Positions 52,780-64,000 of a DNA stretch of 64,000 nucleotides are shown here, in pieces. The stretch spans positions 8,806,001 through 8,870,000 of the forward strand of contig NC_045698.1 in NCBI RefSeq assembly GCF_009834535.1, written 5' to 3'. The translations under genes were made by a program, and so were the position numbers. The DNA is from Camelus ferus. Its lineage: Eukaryota. How positions within the stretch are numbered: position 1 is the stretch's first letter; every line of letters begins with the position of its first letter. Under the pieces are notes generated by a model. It did no database searches, had not been told where the DNA came from, and was given only the letters and a program-made list of their open reading frames with translations.

Positions 52780-54120
52780 GAGATATGAAATTGCACACCA
52801 GCAAATCAGTATACATTTAATCCCTCTGCTAGCAACATCTGAAATTATGCAGTTCCCATAACCATTTTCCATACTAAATTTTATCAAATTAAAAATTATA
52901 TACAGACAAATGTTTAGGAAGAATCATATCACAATTTGTTGAAATATATACTTTCCTGATAATTACTGAGGTTGAATATCTTTTCATATACTTATTGGAT
53001 ATTAATATTTCTTTTCTATTTAATATGCAAATTTATCTTCATATTCATTGTTGGTTCTCTTATCATAAGTAATTATTTAAAATTCTAAGCTATTTAAAAG
53101 ACTATAAAAGAGGTAACATCAATCCAAATACCACAAGCCAGGATAAAACATCTCTTAATGTGATTTTAAATTCTTTGTGTACACACACACACACACATCA
53201 AAAAGGATCCTGTTATGCACGTAGTTTTCTCAAGAGCCTTTTAAAAATCCTAACAAAAAATGTGGCCCCTTATTATGCCAGTTACTCTACAAAATCAAAA
53301 TATTTTTAAATGGCAATATATTCATATAATACTTGTGTGGATGTGCACAGTTTATTTACCTGATGTCCTAGGAGGGGACCTTTGGAACGATGACAGTTAT
53401 TTGCTGTTATAAGCAACGTTGCAGTGATAATCTTTACGTGTACGCACACACGTACCTTCTCCATTAACATCTTAGGACACATTTACTGAAATGAAACAGC
53501 TGGAGCAGATGATATGCACACTTTAAACACTGACACATTGTAAACTTGCCTTTTACAAAGGTGGTGCAACTTTACAGATTATTAGAGAATTTGTTTTCAT
53601 GTAGCAATAACAAATCCTGGAACTATATAGCTTATATTTTCCTATTGGCTGATCAGTTCAATGGCAAAAATATTTTGTTATTACTTTAATTTTAATAAAT
53701 TTATGAATATGCTTCATGTATGTTCAATACTTATTGGTCAATTGTTTTCTTCTTTTGTGAATTACTTATTCATACCTTTGCTATGTTTTGGGGAGTTTTC
53801 TTTTTTATACTAATTTTTAAAAACTTTTCTGAAATTTTTCCCTATTATAAACTTGAATAAATAGTCCTGTTTATCACTTTAAAATATTTGCACTGTACAG
53901 AATTTGTGATATTTGTGTAGCTTATGTTAGAATAGTACTATTATTAATTACATCTTTTCTTGTTCTTTTTGTCATTTTGATGGTTAATTTTTCTAGCTCA
54001 AGATTTTCTAAATCATGACCGTTTATATGCAGGTATATTTCTGGATTCTTTAATTATATCTATCAATCTTGTACTGATACCATATTGTTTGGTTAAATTT
54101 ATTATAATGTATTTTGATAA
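52780..54120 (-). mobile_element. L1ME-type fragments
   Basis: TTTCCTGATAATTACTGAGGTTGAATATCTTTTCATA; TTTGCTGTTATAAGCAACGTTGCAGTGA; TTGTGAATTACTTATTCATA. Confidence 0.6.
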
Positions 54121-54138
54121 CTGATTGGAAATCTTCCT

Positions 54139-54272
54139 TTTTTTTTTTTTTCTTTTTGTGTGGAAGAAGGAGGTAATTAGATGTATGTATTTTTAGAGGA
54201 GGTACTGGGGATCGAACCCAGGACCTTGTGCATGCTAGGCATGTGCTTTACCACTTGAGCTACACCCTCCCC
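54139..54272 (-). mobile_element. tRNA-Ala-derived SINE (Vic-1-like)
   Basis: GGAGGTAATTAG..GGAGGTACTGGGGATCGAACCCAGGACC..CATGCTAGGC..CCACTTGAGCTACACCCTCCCC; TSD ATTGGAA(AT/GG)CTTCCT at 54124-54138 / 54273-54287. Confidence 0.92.
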
Positions 54273-54419
54273 ATTGGAAGGCTTCCTACAGTAGTCTTTA
54301 TTTTTAGAAATTTTCTATTTACTAATATTTTAAACTCCGAGGATGAACATTAAAATCATTTGTAAAATGATGATAAAGTCAGGAAATCATTTTAATGAAT
54401 AAAAGTATTATTAATAAAT

Positions 54420-55865
54420 TCAAAGGACTATCAATTAAATGTCAACAAATATTTTTGGATGGATTGAAAAAACTGATTTAAAATTATGTTTAAATGCAAA
54501 GTATCTGGAAGAGCAAAAAATAATTTTAAAAAAGGACAAAATTCAAAGCTTTATACTTTGTTAACTATTCTTAACACTGACAAGATGTATTATAAACCAC
54601 AGTAACCAATTTCATATTTGCATAATATAGGCAAATACTTGAATGGGACAAAAGAGGGAGTCTAGATTGATCCATGCATATACGGTTAACTGATTTTTGA
54701 CAAAGGTGCTAAGATAATTCAAAGGAGAAAGATATCTTTTTAATAAATAGTGCTGGATCAACTGGATACTTTTTGGGAAAAAGTGAAACTTAACCTCATA
54801 CCATGGACAAAAATTTAATTTATGATAGATCATAGACATAAATATAACACTTGGAAGCATAAAACCTCTAAAAACACGTAGATGATTATATTTGCAAATT
54901 CAGGATAAGCAAATATCTCCTAAACAAGACATAAAAAGCCTAAACAAGACATAAAAAGCCCAAACAGGAAAAAAAAAAAAAGGTAAATTGAACTTCATTA
55001 CAATTTTACAATTAAAAACTTCTGTTCTTCATAGATACTGTTAATACACATATGCAAAGCCCCACACTTGAATCTAATATTTTTTGTTTATGTATTTGAC
55101 AAAGGCTTGTACCCAGAATAAAGAATTTTTCTGACAAGAAAGAAATCTAATTTTTTAAAAATTAGGCAATATATTTAAACAGAAAATTCAGAAAATGACA
55201 GGTACAAATGGTCATTAAACACTCATTATTCTTCAGCGAAATGAAAACTAAAACCGTGAGTTTACTTCACACTGACTAGAATGGCGTAGGTCCAAATCAC
55301 TGGTGAGAATGTTGTGAAGGTAGCCTCTTAGGTGACCCCCAGTGACTCTCACCTTCTGACATCCAGGCCCTCGTATAACCCCCTGGCCTTGAGTGACTTC
55401 CTTCTCATCAATAGAATACGGCAACTTTGGGGTGATGCAACTTCCATGATGGCATTACGAGAAATTGCATCTTCTATTTTGCTACCAGACTCTCTCTCTC
55501 CATCACTGGCTTTGACTGAGCGAGCTGCTAGTATGGAGAGGTGCACATGGCATGGAACTGAGGGCTGACTTCAGGCAACAATCAATGAGACACCTAGGCC
55601 TTCAGTCCTCGAGGAACGAGACCCTCCTAACAATAGCGAAAGTTAGCTGAGAACTGGACCATCTCCAGGTGAGTGTTTAGATGAGGTTCCAGCCCTGGCC
55701 CGCACCAACAGATACGGAGGAACTTTGACTTTTATACATTGATGACAGAAATGCAATATGATTCAGCCACTCTGGAGAACTGTTTGGCAGGTATTTACAT
55801 AATGAAAGCATATCCACCGTATAATTAGCAATTCTACTCCCACTTATTTATTGAAGAGAAATGTG
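54420..55865 (+). mobile_element. Old L1 ORF2 3' region, interrupted by an MLT1 LTR
   Basis: AACTGATTTTTGACAAAGGTGCTAAG..AATAAATAGTGCTGG..CAGCCACTCTGGAGAACTGTTTGGCAG. Confidence 0.8.
55310..55710 (+). mobile_element. MLT1E/F-like LTR
   Basis: CCTCTTAGGTGACCCCCAGTGACTCTCACCTTCTG..GGCATGGAACTGAGGG..CCAGCCCTGGCC. Confidence 0.8.
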
Positions 55866-56294
55866 GTACAAAATACCTTTAAACAACAAAAATTTATTTT
55901 CTTACATTTCTGGAGGCTGAAAGTCTGAAATTATGATGTTGGCAGGGCCAAGCTGCCTCTGAAGACCCTGAGAATCCTTTCTTTCCTCTTCCTAGTCCAG
56001 AGGTGGACTTGGTGGTTGTTGCCAATCCTTGGCCTTCCTGGTCTTATAGTTGTATCATATGGCCTTCCTCCTCTGGGGTGGTGGGTGTGGGGGGGTGCGG
56101 GGAGTGTTTGTCTGTTCAAATGACCCTCTACTTATAAGGACACCAGTCATTGGATTTAGGGCCCACCTAATCTAGCATGACCTCGTCTTACACTGATGAC
56201 AAAGACCCTGCAAGGACTCTATTTATGAACAGGGCCACAGTCGCAAATCCCAGGTAGTTATGAATTTTGCCAGGACAGTAGTCAACCTAGTACA
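55866..56294 (-). mobile_element. MLT1A/B-like LTR
   Basis: TTTAAACAACAAAAATTTATTTTCTTACA..TTATAAGGACACCAGTCATTGGATTTAGGGCCCACC..TCAACCTAGTACA. Confidence 0.85.
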
Positions 56295-56319
56295 GTCTTC
56301 TTCCTGAAAAATCTACCAC

Positions 56320-56720
56320 CCATTCTCATAATAAAACAAACACACAAACAAACTAACTGTAATTGAGGGACATTCTACAACATGTCACCAGTACTCCTCA
56401 ACACTGTCAAGGTAATGGAAAATGAAAAAAGATGGAAAAACTGTCAAAGATCAGAAGAGACTTAAGGAGACATTATGACCAGCCGTGCTGTGATACCCTG
56501 GATTGCAGCCTAGGGCAGATAAACGGGTGTTACTGCAGACCCTGACAGAATCCCAACAAGCCTAGGGTTTTGTTAGCAGTAATGTGCCAGGGTGGTTTTT
56601 ATTAGTTTTGACAAATGTATGCTGGTTATCTAAGATATTTATTAACAAAAGGGGAAATTGGGTGAGGATTATATGGGAACTTACTCTTTTTGCCACTTTT
56701 AAGTATATCTTAAAAAGTTA
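56320..56720 (+). mobile_element. L1MC-type 3' UTR
   Basis: AATTGAGGGACATTCTACAA..ACCAGTACTCCTCAACACTGTCAAGG..ATATGGGAACT. Confidence 0.8.
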
Positions 56721-56724
56721 ACAA

Positions 56725-56817
56725 AGAAAGGAAGGAAGGAGAAGAGAAAAGGAGGAGGAAGGAGGAGAGAAAGAAGGGGAGGGAGGGAGGAAGGAAAAAG
56801 GACAAAAAGAGGGAAGA
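56725..56817. repeat. Purine-rich (GGAA/GGA) low-complexity tract
   Basis: Direct inspection. Confidence 0.85.
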
Positions 56818-56829
56818 GCACTTCTATAC

Positions 56830-56975
56830 TACTTTCTATGTGCCAGGCATCATTCTAAACACTTTGCACATATGAGCACCTTTCTTCCTTACCTCAAGTG
56901 TGTGTACTTCTATTATCTCCCAATTTACTGCTAGAAAAGCTGCGTCCAAATGTTGGTAACTTGCCCAGCCACCCC
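56830..56975 (-). mobile_element. MIR SINE
   Basis: CTATGTGCCAGGCATCATTCTAAACACTTTGCACA..GTAACTTGCCCA. Confidence 0.7.
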
Positions 56976-59657
56976 ATGACAAAAAGGCCATGGTAGTCTG
57001 TGGTAGTCAGGCTTCCGTCTGCATTTACCTGCCCCATCGTGGTCCTGAATGCAATGTGAGTCTCAGTGTCACTTTGTTCCTTAGGAGGCTAACACCTCAA
57101 TTCAGAGGAAAGATGATGGTGAGAGAGAGTGACCTGGGTTGGGTTTGAGATGACTTCTTGGTAAAATCAAATGAAACTGATTGTAGATTAGATACACGTA
57201 ATGAGGAAGAAGAAAATATCAAGCATGCATCTCCAACTGGATTGGGCTGCTTACTAAGACAGGGAACAGCAAAGATGTTTGGTGAGGGAAATCAAGATGA
57301 CAGTTTTTTTCTGAAGTTTGAGATGCTAAAGAAATGTACAGGTAGATGTGTCAAAGCCTCCGTGATTCAGTGTTTTCATCCCTCTTTCAAGACGGAGTTG
57401 AGGTATCTGAGGTGGATCACCTGATGGACTGCTGATGAAAGGGAACGTGGCCCCAGTCCCATGGCAGGTGCTCAGGCTGCCCTCCAGGTCGCCCCAGGTC
57501 ATGGACTCAGGTAGCTGTTCAGGTGTGTTCTCTGAGAGCTGGGTCCACCAGTGGGTTCTTTTCCTTGCGGCTGGGTCCTTCTTCCTTGCTGACCTGGCGC
57601 CTCTCCCTGTTACTGGCGCTGAAGACTCTCATGAATACACAGCGAGCATGGGAACTCGCCTATTAGCGCCTTCTGTATCCTATGCAAGAAACAGCATCCG
57701 TTCCCTGGCATGAGAGGGTTCCGATGTGCTGAATCAGGTCCTCTTGCTGCCTAGCCCCAACACCACGTCACATTTCCCTGGGATGCAGTGAGCTTGTGTG
57801 CAGAGAGAAAGAGCAGGGACAATTGTGCTGTCAGCTGCCCCGAAGATGTCAGTTTATTTTCATCCCAAAGAGGAAAGTCAGAACACATGATGGTCCACCT
57901 CCCTTCTCTTTTCTCTTCTCTTCCCCTGTCCTCTAGGAAACAAAGAAAATTCAGCTGTTTCTCGTTCCTCGATGTCTGGAAATTCCCCTAAATCATATGT
58001 TCTTTCTTCCACAACTGGTAACCTTCATCTCTTTTTCATGGGGGCCATAAAGCTGGAATATCTCTTGGAGAACTTAGATCACTCAGAGAATGAAAATATA
58101 CATCTGTGAAAAACAGTTTAATTCTTTCCATGGCACCCAATCACACCAATGCATCTTCATTACCATGCCTTCACCAGTCGACAGATTTTAGATGTTAAGG
58201 GAGATGGTTTATAGCTACTGTCACTGCTCCCCCAATTTAAGTACAAATTATGGAACTGGGCAACCCTCTTAACTCCCTAGAGGAGTGAATGTTTAAAGGA
58301 GTTGAGTGAATTGTAGAGGGAAGATGCACTTAAGCAGCAAGGTCTGTGGTTTAGACTGAAGCAAAGACAAATGGTTTGCATCATGGGGTATTAAGAGAGA
58401 AGTTAAATTGATTTAACACAACATTTTGATGTTTGAAAATGACTGTATTTAACCGAGCACCCCACTGGGCTTTGACTGAAGGGCCCAGTAAGAACTGCTG
58501 TTTCCAAGCAGGAAATACAAATTTAGAAGCTATTTTGTATGTTTGTGAGACTTCAAAGCATGTGATGAATTGCAGAAGTTTGACATGTTTTTAGATTTTC
58601 CTTTTCTGTACATTATTGTCAATAGAGTATCATAGAATCTACCGTGATGAGTTCAATCTTGGCTTATGTTTTATTTCTATTAAATTAGGTCTCACATTCA
58701 AACACTGGGATTTAGGATGTCTTTCTAAATAATTTCTGGGCTGTGCTTTCACGTGGCTTTTTATGTGACCAAGGTCCACATTCGTTACAAGTGCCCGCCT
58801 TCTCACTTCAGTCTCTATTCATACCTCTTTTGACTTCAGCCTCTTTCTTCATTTTTAGCAAAAGTAGTTCCTTCTTAGAATTACAAACTAACACTACATT
58901 GTTTTCTCATATGCGTAAGAATATTTCGATAAGAATCAAGCAAACAGAAAGGGTGAAATTAGAAGACAGGTACTGAATTTATTTAATTCTGCAGTTGTTA
59001 GCCACAGTTGCTTTCCATGGCTCCTTAAAGCTTCCATCCTGTCAGACAACAGTCTCAAAAAAATCTTAGTTCCTGAGGCAATTTCAAAGAAGATTCAGTG
59101 ATTATTGTCCCTGCCGCCCCAAATAAAACAAAAAGAGGAGGACTTTCAGACCAGTTTACTGTGTCTGAGTGTAGATTCCCCCTGCCATGGGTTTGTTCCT
59201 TTACCGCCGCCTCTCATGTCTACCTCGCTGCCAAGCATTCCAAGTTCCCTCTTGATCTTTTTCTGGTTTGCTGATGTGGTCAAACGGATATAGTTTTAGT
59301 TTAGTCCCTGCTCTGAAAATGATGACCTTCCTTTGTATGACTATACATGCACTAATGTCTACTTCAGGTAGTTTTTTTTTTTAAGATTTTATAGACAGAA
59401 TGAGGCCTCATTTTTGTTTGAATGATTATAATTATGAATAAGGTTGTATTTTAAGCAGTTTGAATGTCCTTAGTCAATTATTTCTTTGACTCTTTCTTAT
59501 TCATCCAACCCCAGCCATCTCCAAGGACTTCCCAAGGGTTCCACCGCCCTCCGCTCTTCACCATTAGAGGATGCTTTGTTACAGGTGATAATTGCTTGGC
59601 TTCCTGCAAGGCTGAGTCCCACTGAAGGTCAGAGGCTGTGGCATCTAAATCTGAATG

Positions 59658-59672
59658 GTTACCACTAGCAAC
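59658..59672. promoter_or_regulatory. RFX X-box-like motif
   Basis: GTTACCACTAGCAAC fits GTNRCC-N3-RGYAAC. Confidence 0.35.
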
Positions 59673-60439
59673 TGGGGTCTTAGTGCGTGCTGACAAAATG
59701 AGCAATGAATAACACCATTGAGAACCTCTCCCTTCAGTGTGTGGGTGATTTTTTTTCTTCTTCTTAATATTGGACATATAAATACACTACCTTGTTCAAT
59801 TTCAGGCAGAAAGCTGGTATCTTTAATTGCAATTTATAGCATTACAATATAAACAGATAAATAGAGAATAAATATTTGGAACACAATAAATATCCTAGAT
59901 GGGTGTCAGAAAATAGAATAAATAATCCTTAAATAAGTGCTTTATGTGGTGATTTGAAATATGTACTCAAGAGGTAGAGCAATGGTCACCTCTATTATAA
60001 AGTTATTAATTCCTTAATTAACGTGGCCAGTTGTAAAATCACTTTTCATCTTCATTGATCTTCCCTGCGTGGTTACTAATTGATATAGAATTCTTTGAGA
60101 AACAGAATTATATAAGGTGTAATTAATACACAGTTAATACCTTTTTCAAAGATGCTTTAAATGTTGCTCCATCATTTAAGAGGAAATTAGATCTTTTCAT
60201 GAGAAAATTAGAAAACAGCATGGCAGGAGGTTTTCATTACTAATTTATTAAGTGGTAAGTTGGGAACTATTGATGAGATATGCTTTTTACAATTGGACCA
60301 GAATATGATTTTTAAGTTTTAATTCATGCTGTTTCAGTTTTGAAAACAGAATTGTGATCTGTGTATTTGTTAACGATGTACAATTTTTGCCTAATGTAAA
60401 AATTTTACAATGCACTGGAAGTTTTCCTGTTGTTTATCT

Positions 60440-60870
60440 TCCTGAAGTAAGTGCAGTCATTTGATAAACAACCCTCTGACTTTGATAATTATGTTCATAA
60501 CACATATGATGTCATTCTGTATATTCTTTAGCCTTTTAAATTGTCTCCCTTACTAAGCAGAAATCTTCGCTGTAAACACAAATATATCTATCCTTTCATT
60601 TCCATGGCTACTAAATATTCCATTGAATGGAAGTACTAAACTCCTAATGAGCTCCAGATCTTGGATGCTTAGCCTGTTCTTAATTTTTCACTTTTAAATT
60701 ACGTTGCATCCCCTATCATTAAAGTAACTTGCCCTTAGGAAAATATTCTGAATGTGATATGGAATTGAAGTGTCTGCACTTTTCAAAATTTGATACATCC
60801 CCTGATTACCCTCTAGACAGGTTTTACCTTTTACACATCAGCCTGAGGAGAAGGCGAGTCTCCGTTTCTC
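60440..60870 (-). mobile_element. L1ME-type fragment
   Basis: ATGGCTACTAAATATTCCATTGAATGGA..CTGATTACCCTCTAGACAGGTT. Confidence 0.55.
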
Positions 60871-61654
60871 CAAGGAAAGCAACTTGAAATTCAGACCTGC
60901 AAACATTGCACTTTTCATCCAAGCAAAAAAGCTACTAGCATGATACATGCAGACACAGTTTCCTTTTCAACAACATAACAATCCCGAATAACTAAATTTA
61001 AGTAGGGTTGGTACAAGTTGTTGCTAATTTGCATGGCGTTTTTATTAAGGTCAGTGTAAGGTGCTGTTTGGGGAGGAAGGGGTACAATTCGTAGCAAATT
61101 TCCCATAAATTCCAGTTAACTAAAGTTGTCCATATTTTATGTCCTGCTTATGTTTTCATTGCAGCCCACAAAGGCTACTTTGGTAATAATACAGCTAAAC
61201 CAGTGTATTCACATTACTAGACTGAAGTTCTCAAAGGTGAATAGTATGAGGTAGAAAAATCTCTGACTTTTTCTATTGTTAGTGCTAGTAACATATATTT
61301 TAGATGGACAGCATCCTAAATGTATTTCTGTAGTCTTTTCTGGTAGTCTGTTTTTTCCCTTCCAATACCCCAAAGACTACATCCAGTTCCATGCTCAAAA
61401 TGTATTTTCCTGTACCTTGACCCTAGAACAATAGCTAATTTGTTGATCTCAACTTGCTCCTGGGGGAAGGCAGGGCACTTTAACTCATGTCCACCAAGGA
61501 GTGTATGACTTACACCATCCTACGTATATTTGGAGAGTCACTGTTGACAGTACGTGACTCGAATGTAACTAGGAACTGTAACAAAGTGAAGTGTGTTGAA
61601 CTGAAGTCATTTCAGACAACGTGAGTAAATTATTTTTAATATTTTCAAATTAAA

Positions 61655-62270
61655 TTAATTTAAATTACTTTTAAACATATATGCAATAAAACACATTCAG
61701 GATGCTAATATGACGTGTACAGCTCAGTGATTTTGTATATGTACACAGATTTAACAACTAGCCAGATTAAGATTCAGAACATGTCCAGGGTTATTTCAGA
61801 GTGCCCACCACTTTCCCACTGTATACAAGACACACACACATACACACACACCCCCTGAAAATAATTGCTATTTTGACATTCTGACTTTCGTTTTTTATTA
61901 GATTTGTCTGTGCTTGAACAATTCTTTTCTGTGTAAATATTCCCTGTACCTCCTGATGGATGTTTGAGTCATCCAGTTTGGGCTGATAAGGGTCCTGCTG
62001 CCATGAGTACGAGTCCTTGTGTAGAGAGAGATTCTTGCTCGTGAACAAGTCCTCGTGTAGACAGACACACTCATTGCTTTGGGGGTCAGATTTCTAGGTC
62101 ATAGACTAGGAGTATGTTTCACTTTATCAGAAGCCCCGGAACGATTTCAAACTTAGTGGTGCTGTTTTACGACCCAACTAGACACGGTAGGGGAGTTCTT
62201 ATTGCTCTACGTACTCACCACTGTCTGACACTGTTAGTCATTTCAGCTACTTTGTTGGGTGTAGTGAAAA
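61655..62270 (-). mobile_element. L1ME-type 3' fragment
   Basis: GTGTACAGCTCAGTGA..CAGATTAAGATTCAGAACAT..GATGGATGTTTGAGTCATCCAGTTTGGGCTGA. Confidence 0.7.
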
Positions 62271-64000
62271 TGTGCTTTTTTGCACACAACAGGATGTAAA
62301 AAATAGTAGTTTGTTACAATTGTGAAAATAAAAGATCTCTCTGAGCTCCTGAGCTATTCAATGTTCTAAATGCATAGAGTTTAAGGTTACCATTGTCACT
62401 CCTATTTTTCATCTATTCTGAGATGATTCTTCCTACACTTTAACATTCGTGTTCTGGGGATTTTCTTCCACGGCTGAGGATACTCACTGCTGTTACGAGG
62501 CAGCTGTTATTTCATGGTGGTCACTGCTGATGTGTAATAATAAACTTGGTTCTAGCTGCTCATGTCATCTCTTCAGTTGTGGTTAAACTCCATGCAGTAA
62601 GTTTAATTGCTGTTTAGAATATATTCAAAAGTTTACACTGTGAGTTGGTACCAAAGAGAAGTTAATATGTGTAGAAAACAGCACAGAAATAGGGCAGTAG
62701 ATACATTTTTGAGTGATACAACTATTTATTGTAAGAAGAGTATCATCAATTGAGCAAACAATCTCTTTTTTTTGGGGGGGGAGCAATGTCGAATTCATTT
62801 TGTTGGTATTTTAATTTTTGTCTGTGAATGAGAAAGATAAATGATTAAAAAACTTTAAATAATTCTGAAAGAGCACATTCGATAAGAACAAAATTAAAAA
62901 TCAAAATGATTAGGAAACACTGTGTCACAGTTGTCACTTATGTTTTTCTCCTTAATGCTGCATCACGTAACGGCGCTGGGTAAAATATATGCATCTTAAA
63001 CTCAATGAATTCCAGTATTGCCACCTGTGCTCCTGTTTCTGCTTTTTAGCCCTTCGTACATTTCCTCAGTCTCCTTGCCTCAGGATCAACTTGGGCTGTT
63101 GTCCCAGCAGAGAAATGTGGGCTCTCCATTTGGGACTGAGATCATCTGTCTATTTTCTAGATAGAGGTGGTTTAGCAAGTTGAGGACTGTCTGCAAACAG
63201 CATTCATGGAATTAAAAACTGGGAGAAATGGGAAATCTAATGAAAATCATTCTTCTTTGCTGCTTTCGTGGATTCACTCTGTCATTTTCAGTAATTGTCT
63301 CAGTTACCAACCTCCCCTCTCCTCGCTAAGCTCTTCAACTACATGGCACTTGTTTTCTGCACCCGGTATTTACACAACAGCGAGGGAGCAAACTTCATGT
63401 TTTTGGAGCTTATATTTTCCAGAGACATTCTGAAGTCAGGTTGCTTGTATTCTCCTCTTTCACAATGAGTCTCATATACTTTCTAGTGTGAGTCTGCACG
63501 TCCCTTGAGTCTGCACAGCTGACAAGAAGACCCCTGGACCCTCGGTTTTTCCTAGTGTTTGCCTGCATCCAGACCCAGTGTGGTCATCATGTTGCCTATT
63601 ATGAATACCTCCCCGCCATTTTTTTTTGCTCGAAAGTAATTCATAAAAATCGTTTTGACTTGCTGAACTCTATACAAAGCTACTGAGAACGCTTTTCCAA
63701 TTTTAGCATTTGATTGTTCCCTTGAAGAAACTGACATATCAGTCTGGAAACCATGCTTTGTGGATTTTGTAAGAGGCCAAAGATATTTTTCATTTTCAAA
63801 AAAACCAGTTAGCATATAATGGGCCTCACTATTCTTCTTGGGTGAATATTTTATAATAAGATAGGTTTTGGTCTTTAATAACTGTACATTGAGGGATCTA
63901 TACACAATATGCAGGGTTGGGATGGGGAGAGGAAGGAGACAGGAGAGAAGAGGAAAGATGGTCTCTCTTTGTCAGTCTTCTCTTCCTGGGCAGCCTCATC

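Noticed and set aside
63552..63905. 117-aa minus-strand ORF
   Set aside because: No recognisable homology or splice context; length expected by chance in 64 kb
1..64000. CRISPR arrays, operons or other prokaryotic/viral systems
   Set aside because: The sequence is mammalian repeat-rich non-coding DNA; no regularly spaced repeats or long ORFs

Overview
AT-rich mammalian non-coding DNA, most likely from a camelid (alpaca/llama/camel): it carries four copies of a tRNA-Ala(AGC)-derived SINE that looks like the camelid Vic-1 family, plus several short cetartiodactyl-type L1 3' ends. I recognise no protein-coding exon. The listed ORFs are chance ORFs or decayed transposon sequence; 17128-17361 and 47191-47379 are L1 reverse-transcriptase remnants. 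The window looks like a large intron or gene desert filled with old eutherian repeats (L1M, L2, MIR, MLT1/MLT2/MER21-type LTRs, hAT MERs), several of them nested. The clearest single-copy feature is a 3'-truncated, tailless 7SK retropseudogene with a perfect 15-bp target-site duplication. Repeat-free islands carry enhancer-like motifs (RFX X-boxes, homeodomain sites, an NF-E2/Maf site) and a few hairpins. One double hairpin has a loosely H/ACA-like layout. I found no convincing new biological system; the candidates are speculative. Repeat family names come from recall of consensus sequences, and boundaries without a TSD are approximate.
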